Below are positions 8,008 to 17,463 of a DNA stretch of 64,000 nucleotides, piece by piece. The DNA is from Acidobacteriota bacterium (lineage in GTDB: Bacteria > Acidobacteriota > UBA6911 > RPQK01 > JAJDTT01), in the NCBI GenBank assembly GCA_965263035.1, contig OZ253580.1:3264001-3328000 (forward strand). Reading direction: 5' to 3'. The notes beneath the pieces are model-generated. The model worked only from the letters and a program-made list of their open reading frames with translations. It did no database searches and was not told the DNA's origin. Positions within the stretch are counted from its first letter, which is position 1, and every line of letters begins with the position of its first letter. The translations under genes and the position numbers were made by a program.

Positions 8008-9909
8008 TCAATGCCAGGGAAAATCCAGAGTCGGAGGATGGGCGTACCGGCGCATGCTGATGGTCAGCTCCGCCCCAGCTCCCGGCGCCAGGCTGACGTG
8101 GAAGTATCGACCCTTCACCGGCCATTCCTGGTCGCCGATCCGGACTCCCAGACACTCGTGCTCCCCGTAGGCCCCGGTCTGTAGGATCAACTCTCGTCCT
8201 TGGACCGGGTTCAGATTGACCAGCACCAGCCGAACGCTGTCCGGCTTCAGTTCCGTCACCAGAGAACCCACGTCCTGAGGGATTCCGGCCCGCCTTCGCT
8301 CCGGATCGAAGTAGCGGACCCGGGTGTGGGGGATGTAGATTTTGCCATACACGTGGCCGCCCAGCATGAGCCGTATCAATTCGAAGGAGGTCGCCGGGTT
8401 CAGCCCCAGCGGCCAGTCGGCCAGGCGGGTATCGGGCGTGGTCGGATCACTGCGTATACCCTGGATCTTCTCCCGGATGAATGACAGTTCCCGGCGAAGC
8501 GCTTGCTCGGGATATTCCGGGTCCTTGCCCTCCAGGAATGCGATCCAGCCGGTGACGGGAATGTGCTCCAGGTCTTTGCGGTCCATGGACCAGAGGTAAA
8601 CGTCGGTGAGCTCATTCACGAAACGGTGGGAACTCCAGTTGTACCAACCCGGTTCGCTGGTCTCCCGTTCCTCCCAGTAGAGCTTGCCGTCGATGGTCTT
8701 GAAGATGGGAGGCTGGGTCTTGGGTCCCTTGACCCCGTAGTTGTTGGGAACCTGAAGCTGGCCGTCCACCATCTTCTTCTGGCTGTAGATGTTGGCCATC
8801 TGACGGCGCAGGACGTCCACGTACTTCTGGTCCCCCGTGATCATCAGGGCGTTTCCGAATCCGGGCCACATCCCCTTGGTGACTATGTTCCGATGCGCCA
8901 CCACTTTGTGCTCGGGCGACCAGGGTGAGAAGTCCCAGCCATAGGTCCCGCCGAACCATTGGCCCCCGGTCTCGCCTCCGATACTGCCGTCCAGACCGAT
9001 GTTGGAGGGGATGTTTCCACCGTTTTTCTCCGTCCGCTCCTTCCAGGCGTCCACGTATTCCACCAGCCATTTCTTGTACTTGTCTTCGTGACCGATGGCG
9101 TAGGCGTTCAGGGCCAACTGGGTCGCGATCAGATTCAAGGGGTGGTCACCGGCGCTGTGCAGGTACTCGGCACAGTGGGCCAGCATCTCGGGGTAGGTCT
9201 CCTCGGCGTCCAGCATCTGCTCGCGCCCGCCCGCGCTGTGCAGGATGTGGTATTGACCCTTGAAGGGATCGCCGACCCAGTCGTAGCGGGTCGCACGGCG
9301 CAGCATGGGTCCCCGGCTGCCGTTCCAGATGCTGCGGATGACTTTGTGTTCGGGATCGTAGTTGGGCGCATCCGGATCCTCGCCCATGTACATGCCGGCG
9401 AACCGGCGCATCCGCGCCTGGAAGGAGCGGTCGTTGGGGTCCGAGAGGCCCTGATTCATGAAGCCCTGAATGCCCTCGCCGCTGTGGTGCCAGTCGGACA
9501 TGGGCATGAATTCCCTGTAGTAGGCCCCCTCGGCGGCGATGGTGGTCTTGACGGTCTTCAACTCCTTGTATTGGAGCAGGTGGCCCTCCAGACCCTGCTT
9601 GTACCGTTCCAGGACCAGGTCGGAAGCCCCCAGCATGTGCAGCAACGTCCAGTTGGCATAGCACTCGATGGCGTCGTCGGTGCCGTCCAGGGTGCCCCAG
9701 CGCGGCGTATGCAGCAGGTAACCGCGATTGTCGTGGTAGGTGTTGTAGAACTCCTCGACGGCCGTGGCATTGGCGTCCAGAAGCTGCCGTTCCAACAGCG
9801 CCCAGGCGGGCGGGGGCATGGGAGTCGAGATCTCGATTCGGGTCCCGGCCTGGGCCTGACCGTACCAGGAGATCCAAAGCAGACAACTGAGAAAACGAAC
9901 CTTCTTCAT
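8008..9909 (-). CDS. Secreted hypothetical protein, possibly alpha/alpha-toroid glycosidase-like
   Basis: GGAGG RBS, signal peptide MKKVRF...AQA, typical codon bias. Motifs PPAWALLER, GTDDAIE and DWHHSGE. The fold is inference only. Confidence 0.75.
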   Translation of the reverse strand: MKKVRFLSCLLWISWYGQAQAGTRIEISTPMPPPAWALLERQLLDANATAVEEFYNTYHDNRGYLLHTPRWGTLDGTDDAIECYANWTLLHMLGASDLVLERYKQGLEGHLLQYKELKTVKTTIAAEGAYYREFMPMSDWHHSGEGIQGFMNQGLSDPNDRSFQARMRRFAGMYMGEDPDAPNYDPEHKVIRSIWNGSRGPMLRRATRYDWVGDPFKGQYHILHSAGGREQMLDAEETYPEMLAHCAEYLHSAGDHPLNLIATQLALNAYAIGHEDKYKKWLVEYVDAWKERTEKNGGNIPSNIGLDGSIGGETGGQWFGGTYGWDFSPWSPEHKVVAHRNIVTKGMWPGFGNALMITGDQKYVDVLRRQMANIYSQKKMVDGQLQVPNNYGVKGPKTQPPIFKTIDGKLYWEERETSEPGWYNWSSHRFVNELTDVYLWSMDRKDLEHIPVTGWIAFLEGKDPEYPEQALRRELSFIREKIQGIRSDPTTPDTRLADWPLGLNPATSFELIRLMLGGHVYGKIYIPHTRVRYFDPERRRAGIPQDVGSLVTELKPDSVRLVLVNLNPVQGRELILQTGAYGEHECLGVRIGDQEWPVKGRYFHVSLAPGAGAELTISMRRYAHPPTLDFPWH

Positions 9910-10021
9910 GGGGGGATCCTCCACCGGGGCTCTATCTTGGATGCCACGGTTTCCACCGAGATTAAGTCATGGTGAGGTTGGGGGCAACTCCGGCGAGGGC
10001 GTAACTTGTGACCGCCCATCG

Positions 10022-10080
10022 ATGCAGTCCGCCAGGGTTCGCGACCGGTCGAATGCCGTGACGGCATTTCACCCGGACTG
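10022..10080. repeat. Degenerate half of a family A element
   Basis: GCAGTCCGC...CGGTCGAATGCCGTGAC...CGGACTG followed by CTAA; matches 48191-48248. Confidence 0.7.
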
Positions 10081-10124
10081 CTAAACTCCCCCTTTCAACT
10101 GACCGACACCGTTTGGGAGATGCC

Positions 10125-12896
10125 ATGCCGTTGACCCTGTTGTTCGGGCTGATCCTGGTTCTCATCGGCCCGCCGCTTCTGGGAGCCGACAAGGACCCCG
10201 CCGCCATCGTCGGTTCCTTGGCCAATCTTCGGTTTGATGAGCTGGGACACCCCCAGATTCAAACCGACTCGATTCGTCCGGTTCGCAGCAGTCCCGATCG
10301 GCCTCACCGGCTGCTCATCATCCCGGTCCAGTTTTCCGACCTTCGCTTCGAGCGCTTCCGGGGAGAACCGGATGCCGAGGAGAAGAACCGCCGTTACCTG
10401 CAGGAGTTGCTCTTCTCGGAAAATCTCCGCCAGCCGCGCCGGAAGACCCTGACTCACTACTACTACCACCAGTCGCGTGGGAGGTTCTTCGTGACCGGGA
10501 CGGTCTTCTCTCTGGTCACCGTGGACAAGCCGCTCTCTCACTACGGTCGTCCCTCCCGCCTCTCGGACGGGGAATGGCGGAACGACAACTCGCCGGAGAG
10601 TCTGGTGGAAGACGCCTTCCGCGCAGCTTATGCGGCCCGTCCCGACTTCCCCTGGGGGGACTTCGACCTCTGGGACCCGACCGACTACGACGGCGACGGA
10701 ATCTCGGAAGAACCGGACGGCTACATCGATCACTTCGTCCTGGTCTATGCCGGGAAGGGCCAGTCCTCGTGCCAGGGCCTCTACAAGCTCTCGGAGAAAT
10801 TCACCGCCAACGCGCCCGCCGACCTCGTGGACAAGCTCAGTCCCAGAGAGCGGGAATGCGCCGACCGGATCTGGCCCCACCGCTACGCCCTGAGCAAGAA
10901 CCTGGGCCGGGGTCCGGTGTTGGGGGGACTTACGAACGACAGGGGAGGGATTCCGGTTCGCGAGGGACTCTGGGTCTACGACTACAACATGCAGTCCGAG
11001 TACACCTCCGTCTCCACCTTCATCCACGAATTCGGCCATTCCCTGGGATTGCCGGACATCTACGCCCGCCGAACCAACAATTCCACCGCGGCCTGGGACG
11101 CCATGAGCAGCACGGCGGGAAGGTTCCCGCAGGAGCTGAGCGCGTGGTCCCGGACGATGTTGGGGTGGCTGGAACCTTGCGTGCTTCGACCCCCGGAATA
11201 TGGAGGAGCCGGGAACCGTTCAGTTCACCTCAAGACTATGAACGACTGGTCGGGTAAGCCCGGTGGGAGTCGGCCACAGGGGCTCTGCGACGCCGTCATG
11301 GTGATCCTGCCGCCCAAGGTCCGGGCCTTGGACCTGGGGCCTCTGAGCTCCCGCCAACAGCGGCAGGCCGTCTACACGGGACAGGGAAACGAGATGAATC
11401 GATACCTCGCCCGGACGTTCGACCTGACCCAGGTCCGGGAAAAGCCCATCCTGGAGTTCGAAATCTGGTTCGAGATCGAGGGGGACTACGACTATCTCTA
11501 CGTGGAGGCTTCCACCGACGGGATGAACTACCAGCGGCTTCTGCCCACCGACAAGGATTCTGCAGAGGACGCCCGGAGCATCATGCCCTCCCGCAAGGGT
11601 CATGACGGCGACGGTACCCTCCCCGGATTCACGGGACGAAGCGGCGACCTGGACGCGGACGGCAAGGTGGAATCGGCACCAGGGTGCGATCCGTCTCGTC
11701 CCAAACAGTTGGCCGAGGACCGGGTGGGCGAAGAGAAAGATCCGTGTGAGATCGGGCAGTGGATCCGCGCCCGCTTCGACTTGTCGGCCTACCGGGGCAG
11801 GAAGGTCGAGATCCGTTTCCACTACTTCACCGACATGGCCGCGGTGGAGGCGGGAGCCCTCATCGACAACGTCAAGATCAAGGCCCTGGGGTTCTCCGAG
11901 GATTTTGAAGATTCCGAACTGAAGGGGTGGGAGGTGGAAGGGTTCAGTCTTTCGCGAGGCGTCCACCGGCTCCCGGTCCCCCACTTCTACGTGCTGGAGT
12001 ACCGGGACCCGTGGCAGGATTTCGAGACGGCCTTCAACTACGACAGCACGCTGCGCCGCGAGTCGCAGGTCTTCTATCGGGATCCGAAAAGCGGCGAGTT
12101 TCGGGCCTTCGATGTCCGTTATCGGTCCGGGGTGGTGCTCTGGTACGCCAACGGGTCTTTTCTCTGGAGCCAGAACGAACCCTCCCGGCAGGGTCCCGGA
12201 CAGGGGTTTCTGTTGGTGGTGGACTCCAACCCTCAGGAGTTTCGATATCCTGCCGTGCCGGAGCAGTATTTCAAGCGGGAGAAGGATCGGAGCTATTACG
12301 AGTTCGACGAGAAAGCCCAGGAGTGGCTCCACCGGAACTACCTGGACCTGCTCTGTTTCCAGCGCCGACCGGAATACTTCCCGCCCGATCTGCCCGAGCG
12401 AGACCGGGAGTCGTGCCGCCAGGGGGAGGACGGACCGCCTCTGGAACGCCTCCGGTTCCAGGACAAGAAACTGATCTACGGATACACGCTCTACAACGAG
12501 TTGTTGCCGGGACCGGACCGGGAGCCCTACCGCGGAACCACCAACCTGGTCGACATTCGTCTACGAAAGAACCGTCTGACGTATCGTCTCTATGATCGGA
12601 TGCTGCGCTTTTTTCACTCGGCGGACGCGCCATTCGCCCTGGAGCCGTTCCGGCAGGGGATCGTCCTCTATCGGGAGGACCAGGGGCAGATGGTCCCCTT
12701 CGACAGCGTCGACTTTCCGGCCCTCCACGAGTTCAGCGACTCCGATCCGGCACGCTACCTGAACCCGCACCTCCCCTTCGGCAGCGCCCGGGTGCCCACC
12801 TCCGGATTCGGTTTTCGCCTGGTGCGGCTCGGCCCCGACGCTCCCGACGGGGCGAAAGTAAAGGTGGAGTTGAACTGGAGCCGTTCCGGCGAATAG
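10125..12896 (+). CDS. Immune inhibitor A-like M6 family zinc metalloprotease
   Basis: Signal peptide, DGDG..EPDG.IDH, HEFGHSLGLPD (HExxHxxGxxD) and a YDYLYVEAS MAM-like domain. Confidence 0.92.
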   Translation: MPLTLLFGLILVLIGPPLLGADKDPAAIVGSLANLRFDELGHPQIQTDSIRPVRSSPDRPHRLLIIPVQFSDLRFERFRGEPDAEEKNRRYLQELLFSENLRQPRRKTLTHYYYHQSRGRFFVTGTVFSLVTVDKPLSHYGRPSRLSDGEWRNDNSPESLVEDAFRAAYAARPDFPWGDFDLWDPTDYDGDGISEEPDGYIDHFVLVYAGKGQSSCQGLYKLSEKFTANAPADLVDKLSPRERECADRIWPHRYALSKNLGRGPVLGGLTNDRGGIPVREGLWVYDYNMQSEYTSVSTFIHEFGHSLGLPDIYARRTNNSTAAWDAMSSTAGRFPQELSAWSRTMLGWLEPCVLRPPEYGGAGNRSVHLKTMNDWSGKPGGSRPQGLCDAVMVILPPKVRALDLGPLSSRQQRQAVYTGQGNEMNRYLARTFDLTQVREKPILEFEIWFEIEGDYDYLYVEASTDGMNYQRLLPTDKDSAEDARSIMPSRKGHDGDGTLPGFTGRSGDLDADGKVESAPGCDPSRPKQLAEDRVGEEKDPCEIGQWIRARFDLSAYRGRKVEIRFHYFTDMAAVEAGALIDNVKIKALGFSEDFEDSELKGWEVEGFSLSRGVHRLPVPHFYVLEYRDPWQDFETAFNYDSTLRRESQVFYRDPKSGEFRAFDVRYRSGVVLWYANGSFLWSQNEPSRQGPGQGFLLVVDSNPQEFRYPAVPEQYFKREKDRSYYEFDEKAQEWLHRNYLDLLCFQRRPEYFPPDLPERDRESCRQGEDGPPLERLRFQDKKLIYGYTLYNELLPGPDREPYRGTTNLVDIRLRKNRLTYRLYDRMLRFFHSADAPFALEPFRQGIVLYREDQGQMVPFDSVDFPALHEFSDSDPARYLNPHLPFGSARVPTSGFGFRLVRLGPDAPDGAKVKVELNWSRSGE

Positions 12897-12913
12897 CCGT
12901 CCGTTTCTCCGCT

Positions 12914-14104
12914 TCAGTCGGCGCAGGGAATGAGCAGCTTCTGGCCGGGACGGATCACGGTGCTGCTCAGACCGTTGTAGAGCATGATCTGGTTGGGTCC
13001 TTCCACTCCGCAGTCTTTGAATTTCCTGGAGATTCTGAAGAGGGTGTCGCCTCTCCGGACCCGGTATTCGATGGCTTGTCCCGGGGCCGGATAGACGTTG
13101 GCCACGAAGCCATGGAATTCCTCACGGAGCGGATGTTTCTCGATGCGCTCCCGGTAGGTTTCCTGGAAAATCCGGGGAATGGTCACCTCCTCCCCCTCCT
13201 TGAACCAGACCCGGATGCTGTTCCTTGGATTCAGATTCCCCAGGTTCCAATGGTCGGTGCCCAGCAGCAGCCCCAATTCCAGATGATGGAGGCTTCGATC
13301 CAGCGGGATCATCACTGTTCCCGGATCCAGCCGGGGGATGTCGAGCCCGAATCGTTCGGGGGCCAGGCCCATGGCCGTGGCGGCCAGGACTCGCGGAACG
13401 TAGCGGCGGGTCTGGCGGGGGAGCCGGCTGGCGATTCTGCGAAACGCATTCGGGTTGGAGCTGTACCGGGCAAACTTTTGACCGGGACCGTAGTTGTAGT
13501 CCACCAACACCAGCTCCAGATTCCAGGCGAAGACCTTCACCAAATGGCCAAGGTACTCCAACTGCTTCTGGGTGGATTTGACGACGTCGAAGTAGTCTCC
13601 TCCCCTCAAACCGTATCGTCGGCCCGCCCACTGCATCTGCCAGATGCCCTTGGCGTTGGCGTAGGAGACGCTGTAGTTGCGGTAGAGGCTCTCCTGCAAT
13701 CCCAATCCGTACCCGAACTCCAACGGAATGCCCGCCTGCCGGTACAAGGGCCGAATGATGGGCTCCAGGAACTGAAAGCGGTTGGTCGCTCCCAGAAATG
13801 AGTCCCGGCCGTCGGTGAGCCAGTAGAGGATCTCCCGTTTGACGTCGGACCGGTTCTCAATGTGGCGAAACAGGTCGTCCACCATGCCGTAGCGCCGGCT
13901 GCCCTCTTCTGCCGGAACCACCCGATAGGTATCCGCGGCGGCTCCCAGACCTGGAAGGGCCCCGCCCGTCAATCCACCCGGGAGACCTTGTGCCTCCACG
14001 GGGTGTTGTCCCACTACCACGCCTGCGGCCGCCGCACCGCATGCATATTGGAGCAGGGAACGTCTCGACAGTTCGTCCATAGTGCTTTTTCGGTTCCCGG
14101 TCAA
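12914..14104 (-). CDS. Lytic transglycosylase (SLT/MltD-like) with C-terminal LysM and Tat-like signal
   Basis: QES catalytic motif, AKGIWQM, YNYG, LysM YRVRRGDTLFRIS...IRPGQKLLIP; SRRSLL near the N-terminus. Confidence 0.88.
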   Translation of the reverse strand: MTGNRKSTMDELSRRSLLQYACGAAAAGVVVGQHPVEAQGLPGGLTGGALPGLGAAADTYRVVPAEEGSRRYGMVDDLFRHIENRSDVKREILYWLTDGRDSFLGATNRFQFLEPIIRPLYRQAGIPLEFGYGLGLQESLYRNYSVSYANAKGIWQMQWAGRRYGLRGGDYFDVVKSTQKQLEYLGHLVKVFAWNLELVLVDYNYGPGQKFARYSSNPNAFRRIASRLPRQTRRYVPRVLAATAMGLAPERFGLDIPRLDPGTVMIPLDRSLHHLELGLLLGTDHWNLGNLNPRNSIRVWFKEGEEVTIPRIFQETYRERIEKHPLREEFHGFVANVYPAPGQAIEYRVRRGDTLFRISRKFKDCGVEGPNQIMLYNGLSSTVIRPGQKLLIPCAD

Positions 14105-15273
14105 ATTCCGGTTTCGGGGGCTTCCAGACGGGCGATCACAGCTTGCAGAAACCGGGCGCCGACGGCACCGTCCACGACCCGGTGATCCTGGGACAAGCTC
14201 AGGTGCATGATCTCCCGTACCACGATCTCGCCCGAGCGCACTACCGGCCGGGGCGCGATCTTGTGAACGCTCAGGATGGCCACTTCGGGATAGTTGACGA
14301 TGGGTGTGGCGACGATGCCTCCCAAGGCTCCCAGACTGGTCACGGTGAAAGTGCTTCCCTGCAGGTGCTCCAGCTTCAGGTTGCCCTCACGGGCCAGCTG
14401 CGAGATCTGGGAGATCTCCCGGGCCAACTCCGGCAGGCTCTTCTGGTCCACGTTCCTGATCACCGGAACCATGAGCCCTTCTTCCGTCTGGGTGGCGATG
14501 CCGATGTTGTAATACTTCCGGAGTTCGATCTCTCCCGCATCCAGGTCCAGACGGGCGTTCAGATGGGGATGCCGTTTCAGCTCGTGGGCCAATGCCTTCA
14601 GGATGTAGGGGAGATAGGTGAGACGGACTGCCTGAAATTCGTCGCTTCCTTGAGCCCTTTGACGCATCCGGACCAACTCGGTCACGTCCACCTCCTCCAC
14701 ATAGGTGAAATGGGGGGCGTGGTTGGAGGCCTGGAGCATGTGGTCGCCGATCCGTCGCCGGATGCCGCGGTAGGGAATCCGTTCCGTGGGCCCGGCGGCC
14801 GGAACGGCCTCGGAAACCGGCCCAGGCGTCTGGGCCCGGGTCAGGTCCTCCCTCGTGACCCGCCCGCCCGGGCCGGTGCCCTTGACCTGTTCCGGGTCGA
14901 TCTTCATTTGTTTCGCCAGGCGCCGGATGGCCGGGGTCGCCAGGATCCGCGCCGTTCTCCGCCGCCGCGAGATCGGGGGCCTGTGAGGCGGTGGAGAAGG
15001 TGCCGCGTGGACCGGCTCGGATTCGACTTCGTCCTTGCCGGTATCGATCTCCACCAGTACCGACCCGACCTGGACGACCTCTCCTTCCTTGCCTCCATGC
15101 TCCACGACGCGTCCCTTTACGGGAGACGGGATCTCGACGGTGGCCTTGTCGGTCATGACTTCCACCATGGGCTGATCCTCTTCGATCTCGTCTCCAACAC
15201 GAACCAGCCAGCGAACGACCTCGCCTTCCACGATGCCTTCGCCTATATCGGGGAGCCTGAATTGGTACGGCAT
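14101..15273 (-). CDS. 2-oxoacid dehydrogenase E2 (dihydrolipoamide acyltransferase)
   Basis: Lipoyl TDKATVEIPSP, E3-binding ATPAIRRLA and catalytic DHRVVDG. Confidence 0.95.
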   Translation of the reverse strand: MPYQFRLPDIGEGIVEGEVVRWLVRVGDEIEEDQPMVEVMTDKATVEIPSPVKGRVVEHGGKEGEVVQVGSVLVEIDTGKDEVESEPVHAAPSPPPHRPPISRRRRTARILATPAIRRLAKQMKIDPEQVKGTGPGGRVTREDLTRAQTPGPVSEAVPAAGPTERIPYRGIRRRIGDHMLQASNHAPHFTYVEEVDVTELVRMRQRAQGSDEFQAVRLTYLPYILKALAHELKRHPHLNARLDLDAGEIELRKYYNIGIATQTEEGLMVPVIRNVDQKSLPELAREISQISQLAREGNLKLEHLQGSTFTVTSLGALGGIVATPIVNYPEVAILSVHKIAPRPVVRSGEIVVREIMHLSLSQDHRVVDGAVGARFLQAVIARLEAPETGI

Positions 15274-15283
15274 AGGAATCTAC

Positions 15284-16261
15284 TCAGAATTCGACGATCT
15301 CGCGCAATCCATTCCGGATTCTTTCGATCCCAGGCAGGTAGTCTTCTTCGCGACTGTAGGGAAAGGGGGTGTCGAAACCCGTTATCCGGGTCACGGGGGC
15401 CTGCAGGTGCAGGAGCGCCTTCTCCCCGACGGTCGCCGACAGCTCCGCTCCGAACCCACAGGTCCTGGGAGCCTCGTGGACAATGACTAGGCGGCCCGTC
15501 TTCTGGACTGAATTCAAGACCGTGTCTACGTCGAAGGGCATCAAGGTTCTCAGATCCACCACTTCGCAGGAGATCCCCTCTTCCTCCTCCGACTGTTTCG
15601 CCGCTGCCAGGCAGTTGTGGAGCATGGCGCCGTAGGCCACGACGGTCACGTCCAGACCCTCCCGAACTACGTTGGCTTGTCCCAGCTCCACAGTGTAGTC
15701 GCCGTCCGGAACTTCGCCCCGGGCCGCCCGGTAGACTCGCTTCGGTTCCATGAAGATGACCGGATTGTCATCCCGGATCGCCGAAATCAGAAGTCCCTTG
15801 GCATCGTAGGGAGTCGCCGGTATCACCACCTTGAGCCCCGGAGTATGGACGAAATAGGCTTCCGGACTCTGGGAGTGGTAGTGCCCTCCCCGGATGCCTC
15901 CGCCATAGGGGGTTCGGATCACCATGGGACACGTGTATTGGCCGCCGGAACGGTACCGCATCTTGGCCAGTTCGTTGACGATCTGATCGAAGGCGGGATA
16001 GATGAAATCCGCGAATTGAACCTCGGGAACCGGCCGAAAGCCGTACATGGCCATCCCGATGGCGGCCCCGATAATGCCCGACTCGGCCAGCGGCGTGTCG
16101 AATACCCGATGGTCTCCGAACTCGTCCTGGAGGCCCTTGGTGGCACGGAAGACCCCGCCGAAACGCCCCACGTCTTCACCCAGAACCACCACGCTGGGGT
16201 CGCGCCGCATCTCGGTGCGCAGACCGTCGTTGACTGCCTGGATGATGTTCCGAATCGGCAT
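15284..16261 (-). CDS. 2-oxoacid dehydrogenase E1 beta (pyruvate or branched-chain)
   Basis: GEDVGRFGGVFRAT, DTPLAE, EVQFADF and GGHYHSQSPE. Confidence 0.95.
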   Translation of the reverse strand: MPIRNIIQAVNDGLRTEMRRDPSVVVLGEDVGRFGGVFRATKGLQDEFGDHRVFDTPLAESGIIGAAIGMAMYGFRPVPEVQFADFIYPAFDQIVNELAKMRYRSGGQYTCPMVIRTPYGGGIRGGHYHSQSPEAYFVHTPGLKVVIPATPYDAKGLLISAIRDDNPVIFMEPKRVYRAARGEVPDGDYTVELGQANVVREGLDVTVVAYGAMLHNCLAAAKQSEEEEGISCEVVDLRTLMPFDVDTVLNSVQKTGRLVIVHEAPRTCGFGAELSATVGEKALLHLQAPVTRITGFDTPFPYSREEDYLPGIERIRNGLREIVEF

Positions 16262-16281
16262 CTGGCTTCCGGGGAAGTGGG

Positions 16282-17382
16282 TCAGGTCCCCTGGTCGACG
16301 GTCTGAAACTCCTCCGGCATGCAGACCGACTCCATTTGCTCACGGAGATGCCACGGCATCTCGTCGTAGACGTCGTCGAACATGGTGTCCAAAGACGGCG
16401 GTCCGGATCGGGAGGCCTCTTCCAGCGTGCTGCGAATGGTCGCTCGGATCTCGTCCTCCAGCGCCTGCTCCTTGTCGTCGTCCCAGTGTCCCTGCCGGGT
16501 CAAGTACGAACGGAACCGCAGTATCGGATCGCGCTCGACCCAAAGCTCGACCTCGGCGTCGTCCCGATAGGAATTGGGGTCGTCGGAGGTGGAGTGGCCT
16601 CCCCGGCGGTAGGTCACCGCCTCGATGAGCGTCGGACCTTCGCCCCTTCTTGCCTTCGCCACCGCCTTGGAGGTGACGTCGTAGACGGCGAAGATATCGT
16701 TTCCGTCGACACGGACCCCTTCAATACCGTATGCGATCGCCTTGACGGCCATGTTCCGGGAGGCCGTCTGAGACTCTACGGGAACAGAAATCGCCCACTG
16801 GTTGTTCCGGCAGAAGAGGATGGTCGGAGTCTTGAAGACTCCGGCGAAGTTGGTGGCGACATGGAAGTCGCCCTGGGAGGTGGCGCCATCGCCGAAGTAG
16901 ACGAGTGCCACGTCGTCCCTGCCGGCCAGACGGGCGCCCAGAGCCAGACCGACGGCATGGGGGATCTGGCTCCCCACAGGGCTCGAAATCGACGTCACCC
17001 TCAAGTCGTGGTTGGCGTAGTGGTTCGGCATCTGCCGGCCCTTGGTCAGGTCCCGGGAATTTCCGAAGAACTGGCAGACAAGATCGATCAGGGGAAAGCC
17101 TTTGACCAGAGCGGCGCCCAACTCCCGGTAGCAGGGGACGACCCAGTCCCGCTGTTCCAGGGCGAACGCGCTACCGATGATGGCCGCCTCCTCCCCCCGA
17201 GACCCGACGTAGAAACCGAGGCGCCCCTGCCTCTGAAGCCGGATCATCTGGTCGTCGATCCTCCGGTTCAAGCACATCAACCGGTAGAGACGGAGCTGCT
17301 GATCCAATCTCAGGGGCGGAATGCGGGCCCCGGATTTCACGTAGCCGTCGGGGGAAAGGATTGAGAACATGGTCCCGAGCAT
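16282..17382 (-). CDS. 2-oxoacid dehydrogenase E1 alpha (pyruvate or branched-chain)
   Basis: LQRQGR, GRQMPNH, TPP-binding GDGATSQGDF...NNQWAIS and HSTSDDP. TATAAT lies 9 nt upstream. Confidence 0.95.
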   Translation of the reverse strand: MLGTMFSILSPDGYVKSGARIPPLRLDQQLRLYRLMCLNRRIDDQMIRLQRQGRLGFYVGSRGEEAAIIGSAFALEQRDWVVPCYRELGAALVKGFPLIDLVCQFFGNSRDLTKGRQMPNHYANHDLRVTSISSPVGSQIPHAVGLALGARLAGRDDVALVYFGDGATSQGDFHVATNFAGVFKTPTILFCRNNQWAISVPVESQTASRNMAVKAIAYGIEGVRVDGNDIFAVYDVTSKAVAKARRGEGPTLIEAVTYRRGGHSTSDDPNSYRDDAEVELWVERDPILRFRSYLTRQGHWDDDKEQALEDEIRATIRSTLEEASRSGPPSLDTMFDDVYDEMPWHLREQMESVCMPEEFQTVDQGT

Positions 17383-17463
17383 GGGTCAGGGATTATAACT
17401 GCCCCTCTGGAGCAGGACAAGAAGACGCAGCGCCTGCACCGTCGCGTGATGCGGCGCCCTTGG

